NCBI GenBank assembly: GCA_021413445.1
Contig: JAIOQI010000042.1
Coordinates: 2,588 to 66,587 of the forward strand
Length of the DNA stretch: 64,000 nt
Direction of reading: 5' to 3'
DNA from: Alphaproteobacteria bacterium
GTDB lineage: Bacteria; Pseudomonadota; Alphaproteobacteria; Micavibrionales; UBA2020
In this document: in pieces, positions 10,703 through 21,525 of the stretch
Layout: every line of letters starts with the position of its first letter
Numbering within the stretch: the stretch's first letter is position 1
Position numbers and translations under genes: made by a program
The notes under the pieces: generated by a model
Seen by the model: only the letters and a program-made list of their open reading frames with translations
Told to the model about the DNA's origin: nothing
Databases searched by the model: none

Positions 10703-11625
10703 GACCGCCGGCGCGGCGGCGCGACCCTGGCAAGATTTTTTTCAATATCTTCCCTGAACGGCATGCCGTCCTGCGCGCCGAGGCCGAGGCAGGAAAGCCC
10801 CGCGCCGACGCTGGCGCGGTGCAGCGCGTTCAGCCAGTCATGCCCCGCCTGCAGGCAGGCCGCGAAAACGCCGCAGAAAGTGTCCCCGGCGCCGGTCGTA
10901 TCCACAACCTCCACCGGCAGGGAGGAAACGGCGAAAAGCACGTCTTTTCTGGCGGCGACAGACCCCTTATCCCCCAGGGTGACGATGCAGCCCAGGCTGC
11001 CGAAATGCGCGATGCCCTTGGCAAGAAGGGCCGGATCGGCGCCGGCAATGCCGAGATGCTGCGCCAGTTGCAGCACCTCAACCTCGTTGAGGATCAGGTA
11101 GTCAATGGTCTTCAGGATTTCCGGCGGCAGCTTTCCGGCGGGAGACGGGTTTAAAATCGTGACGGCGCCCCGGCCGCGCGCGCGCGCCAGGACGGAAAAC
11201 GTTTCCGACGGCGTCACTTCCATCTGCGCCAAAATAACGTTCTTCGCGGTAAAAACCTCGTCCGGCGCCTGATCCGACCTGGCATCCAGATTGGCGCCCG
11301 GCGCCACGATCACAAAATTTTCGCCCTCTGCATCCACCGCAATCGTAGCGCAGCCGGTCGGCCGCTCGGAAAGAGCGACGCCGGAAACCATGACGCCCTG
11401 ATGTTTCAGGTTGTTGAGGCAGCGCCGCCCGAAAGAGTCGTCGCCGACCATGCCGACCATCGCCACCTTGGCGCCCGCCCGGGCGGCGGCCAGCGCCTGA
11501 TTGGCGCCCTTGCCGCCGGGACGGCTCAGGTAATCAGCAGCGCACAGCACGGTTTCGCCGGGCTTGGGGAAATGCCCCACCGGCATGACCACATCGATAT
11601 TTAAAGAACCGAAAACGATAATCAT
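10573..11625 (-). CDS. rbsK: ribokinase (PfkB family)
   Basis: 350 aa. GGKGANQA and DTTGAGDTF motifs. The final ~50 aa extend past the usual ribokinase end and overlap the convergent methyltransferase gene by 130 nt. Confidence 0.88.
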   Translation of the reverse strand: MIIVFGSLNIDVVMPVGHFPKPGETVLCAADYLSRPGGKGANQALAAARAGAKVAMVGMVGDDSFGRRCLNNLKHQGVMVSGVALSERPTGCATIAVDAEGENFVIVAPGANLDARSDQAPDEVFTAKNVILAQMEVTPSETFSVLARARGRGAVTILNPSPAGKLPPEILKTIDYLILNEVEVLQLAQHLGIAGADPALLAKGIAHFGSLGCIVTLGDKGSVAARKDVLFAVSSLPVEVVDTTGAGDTFCGVFAACLQAGHDWLNALHRASVGAGLSCLGLGAQDGMPFREDIEKNLARVAPPRRRSYIRSHTWVMRVVCSSRYPAVFNAPGRSSCQSPAEFSRISSLG

Positions 11626-11895
11626 CGGGATCCCCGTTCTGAAACTCCTGCATTAGCTTAAGACCTGTTTGCTTTGAGCACAAGAATGTCCGCCGCTGGC
11701 AATCCTGCAAGCGCCGCTTCGCAGGACGGCATTTGTAACGCAACTCAAGGTTTATCTTGTGCATACATACGTAACCAGCCTTGACGGCGCATCAAGTTAA
11801 AATAGCCGTGGCTATCAAGGACATTTGTGCTATAAAAAAAATGTCGTTGGCAACTTAGTGTTGTTTTTTTATAAAAAAATGGGGGAGTTTTTAAT

Positions 11896-13467
11896 ATGTC
11901 TTATTCTGCGGTACAGCCTGTTACAAAGAAAAAATCCTGGTTCAGCTCCGAAAGCGCCGAACAAAAAATGCTCGACGCCACGCCGGTCAACATCATGACC
12001 TGCGACCCGCAAAGTTTTAATATCGACTACGCCAATGCCACTACCATCAAGACCCTGAATACCATCGCCCACCTTCTGCCCCGCGGCGTCAGCGGCGACA
12101 ATATCGTCGGCCAGAACATCGATGTCTTCCATAAAATTCCCTCGCACCAGCGCCGCCTCCTCAGCGACGAGCGCAACCTGCCTTATAAAACAGTGATCCG
12201 CCTGGGCGCGGAGGCGCTGGAACTGAACGTCAACGGCATTTACAACGGCAAGACGCTGACCAAGCTGATGCTGTCCTGGTCGATCGTGACGGAACGGGAG
12301 AACCTCAAGCAGATGGTCGATCTGATGCCGATCAACGTGATGATGTGCGACCCCAAGGACTTCAAGATCAACTTCGCCAACGAAACCAGCAAAAAAACCC
12401 TCAAGACGATCGAGCACCTGCTGCCGATCAAGGCGGATCAGGTGGTGGGCGCCTGCATCGACATCTTCCACAAGATGCCCGCGCACCAGCGCGGCATCCT
12501 GTCCGACCCCAAGAACCTGCCTTACAACTCCACCATCTCGCTGGGCACGGAAAAACTGGAGCTCAACGTTTCGGCCATTGTCGATGCCCGCGGCTATTAT
12601 GTCGGGCCGATGGTGAGCTGGACCGTGGTGACCGCGCAGCACAAGCTGGCCGCCAGCGTCAAGGAAGTCACCAAACAGGTGTCCTCGACGGCGACCGAAC
12701 TGCAATCGACGGCGCAATCCATGTCGGCGGCGGCGGAAGAAACCTCGCGGCAGGCCGCTTCCGTGGCGGCCGCCGCGGAGCAGGCTTCCTCCAACGTGCA
12801 AACCGTGGCGGCGGCGACCGAGGAGCTGACCAACACCATCGCCACCGTCAGCACCCAGGTCAATAAATCCGCGGAAATCTCCAAAAAAGCCGTGGAAAAC
12901 GCCCAGATGGCGAACAAGGCCGTTGAAGACCTGAGCATCGTCGCCAACAAGATCGGCGCCGTGGTGGACCTCATCAGCGACATCGCCGCGCAGACCAACC
13001 TGCTGGCGCTCAACGCCACGATCGAGGCGGCGCGGGCGGGCGATGCCGGCAAGGGCTTCGCCGTGGTCGCCAGCGAGGTCAAGAGCCTGGCTTCCCAGAC
13101 CGCCAAGGCGACCGAGGAAATCGCCAAGCAGATCGCGGAAATCCAGGGCGAGACCGGACATGCGGTGGAGTCGATCAAGAACATCACCGACACCATCGCG
13201 CAGATCGACGAAATCGCCGGCTGCGTCCTGCACTCCATCACCGAGCAGGCGACGGCGACCAACGAAATCGCCAAGAATATCCAGCAGGCGTCCACCGGCA
13301 CCTCGGAAGTTTCGCACAACATCACCGGCGTCCAGAAAGCGGCGACCGAAACCGGGGCGGCGGCGCACCAGACGCTGGATGCCGCGAAGGGCCTCGCCCA
13401 GATGGCCGTCAACCTGGAAACGGAAATCAACAAATTCGTCAACAAGGATGACTCAAAAAAAAAGTAG
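11896..13467 (+). CDS. cytoplasmic methyl-accepting chemotaxis protein with two tandem PAS domains (Aer2-like by motif recall)
   Basis: 523 aa with no TM segment. Two internal repeats each carry ID(V/I)FHK.P.HQR..LSD..NLPY. The C-terminal MCP hairpin contains [31 protein letters not shown]. Confidence 0.9.
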   Translation: MSYSAVQPVTKKKSWFSSESAEQKMLDATPVNIMTCDPQSFNIDYANATTIKTLNTIAHLLPRGVSGDNIVGQNIDVFHKIPSHQRRLLSDERNLPYKTVIRLGAEALELNVNGIYNGKTLTKLMLSWSIVTERENLKQMVDLMPINVMMCDPKDFKINFANETSKKTLKTIEHLLPIKADQVVGACIDIFHKMPAHQRGILSDPKNLPYNSTISLGTEKLELNVSAIVDARGYYVGPMVSWTVVTAQHKLAASVKEVTKQVSSTATELQSTAQSMSAAAEETSRQAASVAAAAEQASSNVQTVAAATEELTNTIATVSTQVNKSAEISKKAVENAQMANKAVEDLSIVANKIGAVVDLISDIAAQTNLLALNATIEAARAGDAGKGFAVVASEVKSLASQTAKATEEIAKQIAEIQGETGHAVESIKNITDTIAQIDEIAGCVLHSITEQATATNEIAKNIQQASTGTSEVSHNITGVQKAATETGAAAHQTLDAAKGLAQMAVNLETEINKFVNKDDSKKK

Positions 13468-13490
13468 AGAACAATAGTCAGGGGGGGACC

Positions 13491-13880
13491 ATGACGACGC
13501 AAGACCAAGACTCTCTTTTCAACCGCATCGGCGGCAAAGCCGCCGTCAACGCCGCCGTTGATAAAATGTACGAAAAAATCCTGAAAGACCCCGTGCTCCA
13601 GCCCTTTTTTACCGGGCTGGACATGGCCCGGCTGCGGCGCAGCCAGGCGTCTTTCATGGTCATGGCTTTCGGCGGGCCGCACCAGTACTCGGGCGCGGAT
13701 TTGACCAAGGCCCACGCCAAAATGGCCCAGGAAAAGGGCCTGTCGGACGTGCATTTCGACGCCGTCGCCAAGCACCTGAAAGCCGCGCTGACCGACCTGA
13801 ATGTCCCGGCCAGCCTGATTAATGAGGTCCTGACCCTGGTCGGAACGACCCGGGGCGCGGTTTTGGGCAAAAACGCGTAA
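13491..13880 (+). CDS. glbN: truncated (2/2) haemoglobin, group I
   Basis: 129 aa. FNRIGG, B10 Tyr in KMYEKIL, GGPHQYSG, and proximal His in KAHAKM. Starts 23 nt after the MCP stop. Confidence 0.88.
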   Translation: MTTQDQDSLFNRIGGKAAVNAAVDKMYEKILKDPVLQPFFTGLDMARLRRSQASFMVMAFGGPHQYSGADLTKAHAKMAQEKGLSDVHFDAVAKHLKAALTDLNVPASLINEVLTLVGTTRGAVLGKNA

Positions 13881-13982
13881 ACGGAAACTAAGTTAGTCCT
13901 GTTTTGTTCACTATTGCGGGACATTATGAATAGGTGTAATTGTTATTCCAACCCGTAACACGTACACCGTTCAAGGCCGCCG

Positions 13983-15233
13983 ATGTCAAATGTCACTCCT
14001 GCCAAAAAGGTTCCCATGAGCTTTTACGAGAATTTTTTCGAAAACCGCCTCAGCGACCTGCACAAGGAAGGCCGTTACCGTGTTTTTGCCGACCTGGAGC
14101 GGCGCGTCGGGCACTTCCCGCAAGCGGTCTATCGCGACGCCGTCGGCAACCCGCGCGACGTGACGATCTGGTGCAGCAACGATTATCTCGGCATGGGGCA
14201 GCACCCGAAAGTGCTGGACGCCATCTGCGCGGCGGTGCGCGCTTCCGGCGCCGGCGCCGGCGGCACCCGCAATATTTCCGGCACCACCCATTATCACGTC
14301 CAGCTCGAGAAAGAACTGGCCGACCTGCACCAGAAACCGGCCGCCCTGCTCTTCACTTCGGGCTATATCTCCAACGAGGCGTCCTTGAGCACCATCGCCA
14401 AGGTCATGCCCGACTGCGTCATCTTCTCGGATGAAATGAACCACGCCTCGATGATCCAGGGCATCCGCGCCAGCGGCTGCGAAAAATACATCTTCCGCCA
14501 CAATGACCTGAAGCACCTCGAGACCCTGCTCAACTCGGTCGAAAGATGCTGCCCGAAAATCATCGCCTTCGAATCCGTCTATTCAATGGACGGCGACATC
14601 GCCCCGATCAGGGAAATCTGCGACCTGGCGGAAAAATACGGCGCGCTCACCTACCTCGACGAAGTGCACGCGGTCGGCATGTCCGGGCCGCGCGGCGCCG
14701 GCGTTGCCGAAGCCACCGGGCAGATGCACCGCATCGACGTCATCGAAGGCACGCTCGGCAAGGCCTTCGGGGTGATGGGCGGCTATATCGCCGGCAGCAA
14801 GGCGGTCATCGATATCGTCAGGTCCTATGCCTCCAGTTTCATCTTCACCACCGCCCTGCCGCCGGGACTGCTCGCCGGCGCCATTGCCAGCGTGCAGCAC
14901 CTGAAAACCTCGCAAGTGGAACGCGCCCGGCACCAGGAGCGCGCCGCGACCCTGAAAAAGCTGCTCGCCGCCAACGGCCTGCCGGTGATGCCGTCCGTCA
15001 GCCATATCGTCCCGGTACTGGTCGGCGACGCCCGGATGTGCAAAAAAGCCTCCGACGACCTGCTGCTCTACCACAACATCTACGTGCAGCCGATCAATTA
15101 CCCGACCGTGCCGCGCGGGCTGGAGCGCCTGCGGCTGACCCCCTCCCCCTTCCATACCGACGAGGACATGGACAGGCTGGCCGAGGCGTTGTGCGCAGTA
15201 TGGGCCAGCCTGAGCCTGAAGCGCGCCGCTTAA
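13983..15233 (+). CDS. hemA: 5-aminolevulinate synthase
   Basis: 416-aa [28 protein letters not shown], and PLP-lysine context GTLGKAFG. The internal ATG at 14016 (MSFYENFF) fits the usual ALAS N-terminus better. Confidence 0.94.
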   Translation: MSNVTPAKKVPMSFYENFFENRLSDLHKEGRYRVFADLERRVGHFPQAVYRDAVGNPRDVTIWCSNDYLGMGQHPKVLDAICAAVRASGAGAGGTRNISGTTHYHVQLEKELADLHQKPAALLFTSGYISNEASLSTIAKVMPDCVIFSDEMNHASMIQGIRASGCEKYIFRHNDLKHLETLLNSVERCCPKIIAFESVYSMDGDIAPIREICDLAEKYGALTYLDEVHAVGMSGPRGAGVAEATGQMHRIDVIEGTLGKAFGVMGGYIAGSKAVIDIVRSYASSFIFTTALPPGLLAGAIASVQHLKTSQVERARHQERAATLKKLLAANGLPVMPSVSHIVPVLVGDARMCKKASDDLLLYHNIYVQPINYPTVPRGLERLRLTPSPFHTDEDMDRLAEALCAVWASLSLKRAA

Positions 15234-15260
15234 GTCAAAATTGCCTTATTATCTTTTCGC

Positions 15261-16214
15261 ATGTATAACGGATACATGACGGTATTGCACAACAATCGCG
15301 ACCAGATTCCCGCCGCGGCGCAGGGCTGCGTGCTCGTGGTCGGCAATCTTGACGGCGTCCATCTCGGCCACCGCGCCCTGATAGAAAAAGCGCGCCGTCT
15401 GGCCGAAGAAATGCGGGCGCCGCTGGGCGTGCTGACCTTCGAGCCCCATCCCCGGCAATTTTTCCAGCCGGGCGCGGAGCCTTTCCGCCTCACCCTGCTG
15501 CCGATGAAGCAGCGCCTGCTGGCGGAACTGGGGGTCGATCATCTTTTCGCCTTCGCCTTCGACCTGGAATTTTCCCGCCTCAGCGGCGAGGAATTCATCG
15601 ACCGCATCCTGGTGCAAAGCCTGAAGGCGCGGCACATCGTCGTGGGGGAGGATTTCTCCTTCGGCCGCGCGCGCTCCGGGACGACGGCCACGCTCCAGGC
15701 CGCCCGCGACGCCGGGAAATTCGGCCTCGACATTGTGGCGCAAGTCGCCTCCCCCGCCGGGCAAATCTATTCTTCCAGCGCGATCCGGGAGCTGCTGCAG
15801 CAGGAAAAATTCGCGGAAGCCGCGGCCCTGCTCGGCTGGCCCTGGCAGATGGAAGCGCCGGTCGTGCACGGAGACAAGCGCGGGCGCACGCTCGGCTTTC
15901 CCACCGCCAACCAGGACATGGCGGAATACCTGCGCATCCCCTACGGCGTCTATGCCGTGAAGGTGCTGCTCGAGGGCGAGACCTTCTGGCGCGGGGGCGC
16001 GGCCAATTTCGGCATCCGCCCGATGTTCAAATCCGCCACGCCCATTTTTGAAACTTTCATTTTCGACTTCGCGGAAGATATTTATGGTAAAACGATGCGC
16101 GTCCAGCCCGTCCAGCGCCTGCGTCCGGAACTGTCTTTCGCGGGGCTGCCGGAGCTGATGGCGCAAATGAAAGATGATTGCATCAAGGCCAAGGCTGTGC
16201 TGAAATCCCTGTAA
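15261..16214 (+). CDS. ribF: bifunctional riboflavin kinase / FMN adenylyltransferase
   Basis: 317 aa. N-terminal GNLDGVHLGH and a C-terminal riboflavin kinase region (GFPTAN...FIFDFAEDIYG). Confidence 0.93.
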   Translation: MYNGYMTVLHNNRDQIPAAAQGCVLVVGNLDGVHLGHRALIEKARRLAEEMRAPLGVLTFEPHPRQFFQPGAEPFRLTLLPMKQRLLAELGVDHLFAFAFDLEFSRLSGEEFIDRILVQSLKARHIVVGEDFSFGRARSGTTATLQAARDAGKFGLDIVAQVASPAGQIYSSSAIRELLQQEKFAEAAALLGWPWQMEAPVVHGDKRGRTLGFPTANQDMAEYLRIPYGVYAVKVLLEGETFWRGGAANFGIRPMFKSATPIFETFIFDFAEDIYGKTMRVQPVQRLRPELSFAGLPELMAQMKDDCIKAKAVLKSL

Positions 16215-16231
16215 ATCAAAAAGGGCGATTT

Positions 16232-16807
16232 ATGCAACAACCACCCGGCGTCGGAAAATACTTTCTTTTAGGGCTGGCGGTCATTGCCGCCATCATCCTG
16301 GCGGACCAATACACCAAGTGGCTGGTTATCGACACCGTGGTCAGCATGGACAAGCATGCCGGCAGCGGGTTTTTCAGCTGGCTGCTGACCCAGAAGAAAA
16401 TCGAGTTCTTCATCAACGAGCGGGAAACCTTCAAGACCGTGGCCCTGACCCCGTTCCTGAATTTCGTCATGGTCTGGAATCAGGGCATCAGTTTCGGCAT
16501 GCTGGACACCAACTCCCCCCATATGCCGCTGGTGTTCATCTCCATATCCGCCATGGCGTCGCTGCTGATGCTGATCTGGCTTGCCCTGGCCACCCAGGGA
16601 ATGCAGGCTTTTTCCCTGATGCTGATTATCGGCGGGGCGCTCGCCAACGTGATGGACCGGGTGCGCTTCGGCGCGGTCGCCGACTTTATCGACCTTCATG
16701 CCGGCGCATATCACTGGCCGGCCTTCAACCTGGCGGACAGCTGTATTGTCCTCGGCGCGGGGATCATGGTAATCTGCACCTTCATTGGCGATAGGGGTAA
16801 AAAATGA
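16232..16807 (+). CDS. lspA: lipoprotein signal peptidase II
   Basis: The track ORF starts at 16178, inside ribF. ATG 16232 (MQQPPGV) follows the ribF stop. Motifs NQGISFGM, FGAVADFID and FNLADS. Confidence 0.9.
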   Translation: MQQPPGVGKYFLLGLAVIAAIILADQYTKWLVIDTVVSMDKHAGSGFFSWLLTQKKIEFFINERETFKTVALTPFLNFVMVWNQGISFGMLDTNSPHMPLVFISISAMASLLMLIWLALATQGMQAFSLMLIIGGALANVMDRVRFGAVADFIDLHAGAYHWPAFNLADSCIVLGAGIMVICTFIGDRGKK

Positions 16808-17385
16808 CCAGACAAAAAAACGGCCTGTTTCTGGGCGCGGCCGCCGCCGTCATCCTCTCCCTGTCCGCCTGCACCTCGGTGAAGAGGGAACTGGGGGTCG
16901 ATCGCAATTCGCCGGATGAATTCATGGTGGTCAAAAACACCCCGCTGACCCTGCCGCCGGATTACACGCTGCGCCCCCCGCTCAACCCGGACGCGGCCGC
17001 CGCCGCCACCGTCGATGATGCGGCCAGCGCCGCCCGGGCCGCCCTGATCGGGGAGGTCAAAACAACAGCGCCGGCGGCCCAAAAAAGCGCCTCCGAGGCT
17101 GCCCTGCTGGGCAAGCTCGGCGCCACCGCGGCCGATCCCGAAATCCGCCAGAAGATTGACGCGGATAACGGCTACATTTCCCTTAAAAACCGCAGCGTCG
17201 CCGACCAGATTATTTTCTGGAGCGATGAGACAGCGCCCATCCCTGAAGACGCCCCCGCCTCCGTCGTCAATCCGGCGGCCGAAGCGGAGCGCCTCAAGAA
17301 AAACAAGGCGGCCGGCAAGCCCCTCAATGAAGGCGATGTGCCCGTCATTGAAAAGAAAACCGGCACCCTCGACAAGATTTTCTAA
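16804..17385 (+). CDS. DUF3035-like lipoprotein
   Basis: 193 aa. Lipobox LSLSAC and Ala/Pro-rich low-complexity sequence. ATGA overlap with lspA. This position after lspA is conserved in Alphaproteobacteria (recalled). Confidence 0.75.
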   Translation: MTRQKNGLFLGAAAAVILSLSACTSVKRELGVDRNSPDEFMVVKNTPLTLPPDYTLRPPLNPDAAAAATVDDAASAARAALIGEVKTTAPAAQKSASEAALLGKLGATAADPEIRQKIDADNGYISLKNRSVADQIIFWSDETAPIPEDAPASVVNPAAEAERLKKNKAAGKPLNEGDVPVIEKKTGTLDKIF

Positions 17386-18383
17386 AGAAAATTCCTGTAC
17401 ACCAGCATCAGGCCGCCGGCGAAAAGGAACGTCAGCGGTATGGTCAGCACCCACGCCCAGACGATGTTGCCGACCACACCCCAGCGCACGGCGGAAAGCC
17501 GGCTGGTGGCGCCCACCCCCATGATCGAGGTCGTGATGACGTGGGTGGTGCTGACCGGGATCCCGAAATGCGAAGCGCCGCCGATGATGAGGGAGGCCGT
17601 CGTTTCCGCCGCGAAGCCCTGCACCGTCTGCAATTTAATCATCTTGGACCCGAGCGTGCGGATGATGCGCCAGCCGCCGGTCATGGTGCCGCAGCCCATC
17701 GCCACCGCGCAGGAAGCCTTCACCCATAGCGGCACATCGAAGCTTTGCCCCGGATGGGCCAGCACCAGCGCCAGCGCGATGATCCCCATCGACTTCTGCG
17801 CGTCGTTGCGGCCGTGGTTGAGGGCCATGAAACCGGCGGAGACAATCTGCAGCCGCCCGAACAGGCGGTTGATGAAGGCCGGATGCAGTTTGTAAATCAT
17901 CCAGGTCAGCAGAACCATGATCGCAAAGCCGATGCTCAGCCCCAGCACCGGCGACGCCACCATCGGGATCAGCACTTTCTGCACCAGCGCCGGCCAGATG
18001 ATGTTGTCGCCGCCCGCCGCTGAAGAAAAAAACGTCGCGCCCAGCAGCGAACCGATGATGGCATGGGAGGAACTGGTCGGCAGGCCCTTGTACCAGGTGA
18101 TCAGGTTCCAGATGATCGCCGCCGCCACCGTGCACAGGACGGTATGCAGGGAGATCGCGGCGGCATTGACCAGCCCCTTGCCGATGGTCGCCGCCACTTC
18201 CGTGCCCACCATCGCCCCGGCGAAGTTCAGCAGGCCGGCATAAACGACGGCGGTCAGCGGCTTCAGCGCCCGCGTGGAAACCACCGTGGCGATCGCGTTC
18301 GCCGTGTCATGAAAGCCGTTGATGAAATCGAAGACCAGCGTCAGCGCCACCACGGCAACCAGAAGAATGAGGGCGGGTTCCAT
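17382..18383 (-). CDS. inorganic phosphate transporter, PiT family
   Basis: 333 aa. FDFINGFHDTANAIAT and a second half-repeat NHGRNDAQKSMG. Multi-TM protein. Confidence 0.93.
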   Translation of the reverse strand: MEPALILLVAVVALTLVFDFINGFHDTANAIATVVSTRALKPLTAVVYAGLLNFAGAMVGTEVAATIGKGLVNAAAISLHTVLCTVAAAIIWNLITWYKGLPTSSSHAIIGSLLGATFFSSAAGGDNIIWPALVQKVLIPMVASPVLGLSIGFAIMVLLTWMIYKLHPAFINRLFGRLQIVSAGFMALNHGRNDAQKSMGIIALALVLAHPGQSFDVPLWVKASCAVAMGCGTMTGGWRIIRTLGSKMIKLQTVQGFAAETTASLIIGGASHFGIPVSTTHVITTSIMGVGATSRLSAVRWGVVGNIVWAWVLTIPLTFLFAGGLMLVYRNFL

Positions 18384-19016
18384 TTAGCTGTACTTGAGGA
18401 CGATTTGCAGGGTCACGGCCGCGGCGTCGCGGTAACAGTCGATGACCTTCTCCAGCAGCGCGTAAATATCCTTGCGCAGGATCAGGTCCTTGACGTCGCG
18501 CCCTTCCGTGAAAAGCGCGCCCAGCAATTCCTGCAGCACGTCATCGCCTTTTTGCTCCAGCTCATGGAGCAGGGTCACTTTTTGCATCACCTGCCTGGTG
18601 TTGCGTTTATGGATGAGGTCGCCCACCATTTCTTCCATGACCTTGGCCTCGCCGGCGATCAGGTCGGTCTGACGGATGAAATCCTCTTTGGCGCCCTTCA
18701 GCCCGTGCAGCTCCATGCGCTGCACGGCTTTCTCTATCGTCTTCGGGATGCGGTACAGGCACTGGGCGAAGCTCTGGATGTCCTCGCGGTCAAAGGGGGT
18801 AATGAAGCTGCGGCAGAGCTCGCCGGTCATCTCGCCCATGATCGCCTTGGACTGCGCCCGGCAATCGGCCAGCTGCTGCACGGTTTTTTTCCGCGCCGCG
18901 GCATCGGGGGCTTCGACATAAGCCTTCAGATGGCCGGCGCAGATATTGGCCTGGGCGGAAAGCTCCGTCAGGTAGGTGTAAAACTTTTCCTGTTTGGGCA
19001 GCAGGCTGAATGACAT
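18384..19016 (-). CDS. DUF47 / PhoU-like Pit accessory protein
   Basis: The ORF extends to 19031, but ATG 19016 (MSFSLLPKQEKF) is preceded by GGAG and matches the usual family N-terminus. It lies directly upstream of pit. Confidence 0.85.
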   Translation of the reverse strand: MSFSLLPKQEKFYTYLTELSAQANICAGHLKAYVEAPDAAARKKTVQQLADCRAQSKAIMGEMTGELCRSFITPFDREDIQSFAQCLYRIPKTIEKAVQRMELHGLKGAKEDFIRQTDLIAGEAKVMEEMVGDLIHKRNTRQVMQKVTLLHELEQKGDDVLQELLGALFTEGRDVKDLILRKDIYALLEKVIDCYRDAAAVTLQIVLKYS

Positions 19017-19238
19017 GTTATACGGCTCCATTTTCGGGTAACGGGTGAATCAGTATAACAAGAAATTTAACGGAGGAGACGCCTGAAGCGGCACGGCAGC
19101 AGAAACATTATTCTATTTGTCATATTTTTAAAATTTTTATCATTATTGATGTTTACGATATGTAATTAAATGACGGTTATTGACCCATTTCTGCCAAAAA
19201 GCTTTAAAATCAAATAGTTATCATCATATTGAATTTAC

Positions 19239-19267
19239 TTGAAAAATCCATCCCGAAGGAATAGACA
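19239..19267 (+). promoter_or_regulatory. candidate groESL promoter (TTGAAA-N17-TAGACA)
   Basis: The hexamers sit immediately upstream of the CIRCE element. The -10 match is weak (3/6), and I could not fit a convincing sigma-32 -10. Confidence 0.25.
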
Positions 19268-19268
19268 A

Positions 19269-19295
19269 TGAGCACTCTCCGCATGAGAGTGCTCA
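19269..19295 (+). promoter_or_regulatory. CIRCE operator (HrcA binding site)
   Basis: TGAGCACTC-N9-GAGTGCTCA is a perfect 9-bp inverted repeat. It matches the core of the CIRCE consensus TTAGCACTC-N9-GAGTGCTAA and lies 54 nt upstream of groES. Confidence 0.85.
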
Positions 19296-19348
19296 AAGGT
19301 TGAGCCTCCCCTCTGCGGCCACCCTACATTCCTGAGGAGGAATAAAAC

Positions 19349-19660
19349 ATGAAATTCAAACCACTCCATGACCGCGTTCTCCTGCGCCGCCTGGAAAGCG
19401 AAAGCAAGACCGCCGGCGGCATCATCATCCCCGACACCGCCAAGGAAAAACCCGCCCAGGCTGAAGTCGTCTCCGTCGGCACCGGCGTGCGCGATGACAG
19501 CGGCAAGCTCGTTCCGCTCGCCGTCAAGGAAGGCGACGTCGTCCTCTTCTCCAAATGGTCCGGCTCGGAAGTCACCATCGACGGCGAAGAGCTCCTGGTC
19601 GTGAAAGAATCCGACATCATGGGGATCATTGAAGGTAAAAAAAAGGCTAAAGCAGCCTAA
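19349..19660 (+). CDS. groES: co-chaperonin GroES
   Basis: 103 aa. [12 protein letters not shown]...[14 protein letters not shown]. Confidence 0.97.
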   Translation: MKFKPLHDRVLLRRLESESKTAGGIIIPDTAKEKPAQAEVVSVGTGVRDDSGKLVPLAVKEGDVVLFSKWSGSEVTIDGEELLVVKESDIMGIIEGKKKAKAA

Positions 19661-21367
<1,707 letters not shown>

Positions 21368-21422
21368 TCGATTGCGACGTCTAGGAGCAATCGATCATCT
21401 ATCTTCTTGAAAAGAAAGAAAA

Positions 21423-21452
21423 AGGCCCCGTCGCAAGATGGGGCCTTTTTTC
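21423..21452 (+). terminator. rho-independent terminator of groESL
   Basis: AGGCCCC-N10-GGGGCCT followed by TTTTTT. A second 9-bp hairpin (ATCGATTGC/GCAATCGAT, 21367-21395) sits right at the stop codon. Confidence 0.85.
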
Positions 21453-21461
21453 TAACCATAA

Positions 21462-21476
21462 TTAACCCATCATTAA
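21462..21476 (+). promoter_or_regulatory. CtrA-type box TTAA-N7-TTAA
   Basis: TTAAcccatcaTTAA lies 50 nt upstream of the ATG at 21526. It is a short motif in an AT-rich spacer, so a chance match is possible. Confidence 0.3.
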
Positions 21477-21525
21477 TTTTCATATGTTAGCCTTGAGTCA
21501 AGATTAATCAGGAAAGGGCCGCGCC

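Noticed and set aside
11847-11863. Sigma-54-like TGGCAA-N5-TGTT upstream of the chemoreceptor gene
   Set aside because: The -12 element does not match TTGC/TGC at the correct spacing.
11869-13775. 499-aa and 392-aa ORFs antisense to the chemoreceptor and globin
   Set aside because: These are shadow ORFs of a GC3-rich gene. Their composition is low-complexity Arg/Gly/Asp, and the sense-frame MCP motifs are clear.
19238-19266. Sigma-32 (RpoH) promoter for groESL starting at CTTGAAA
   Set aside because: The -35 half fits, but no CCCCAT- or CYTAT-like -10 occurs at 13-18 nt spacing. It is kept only as a weak generic promoter candidate.
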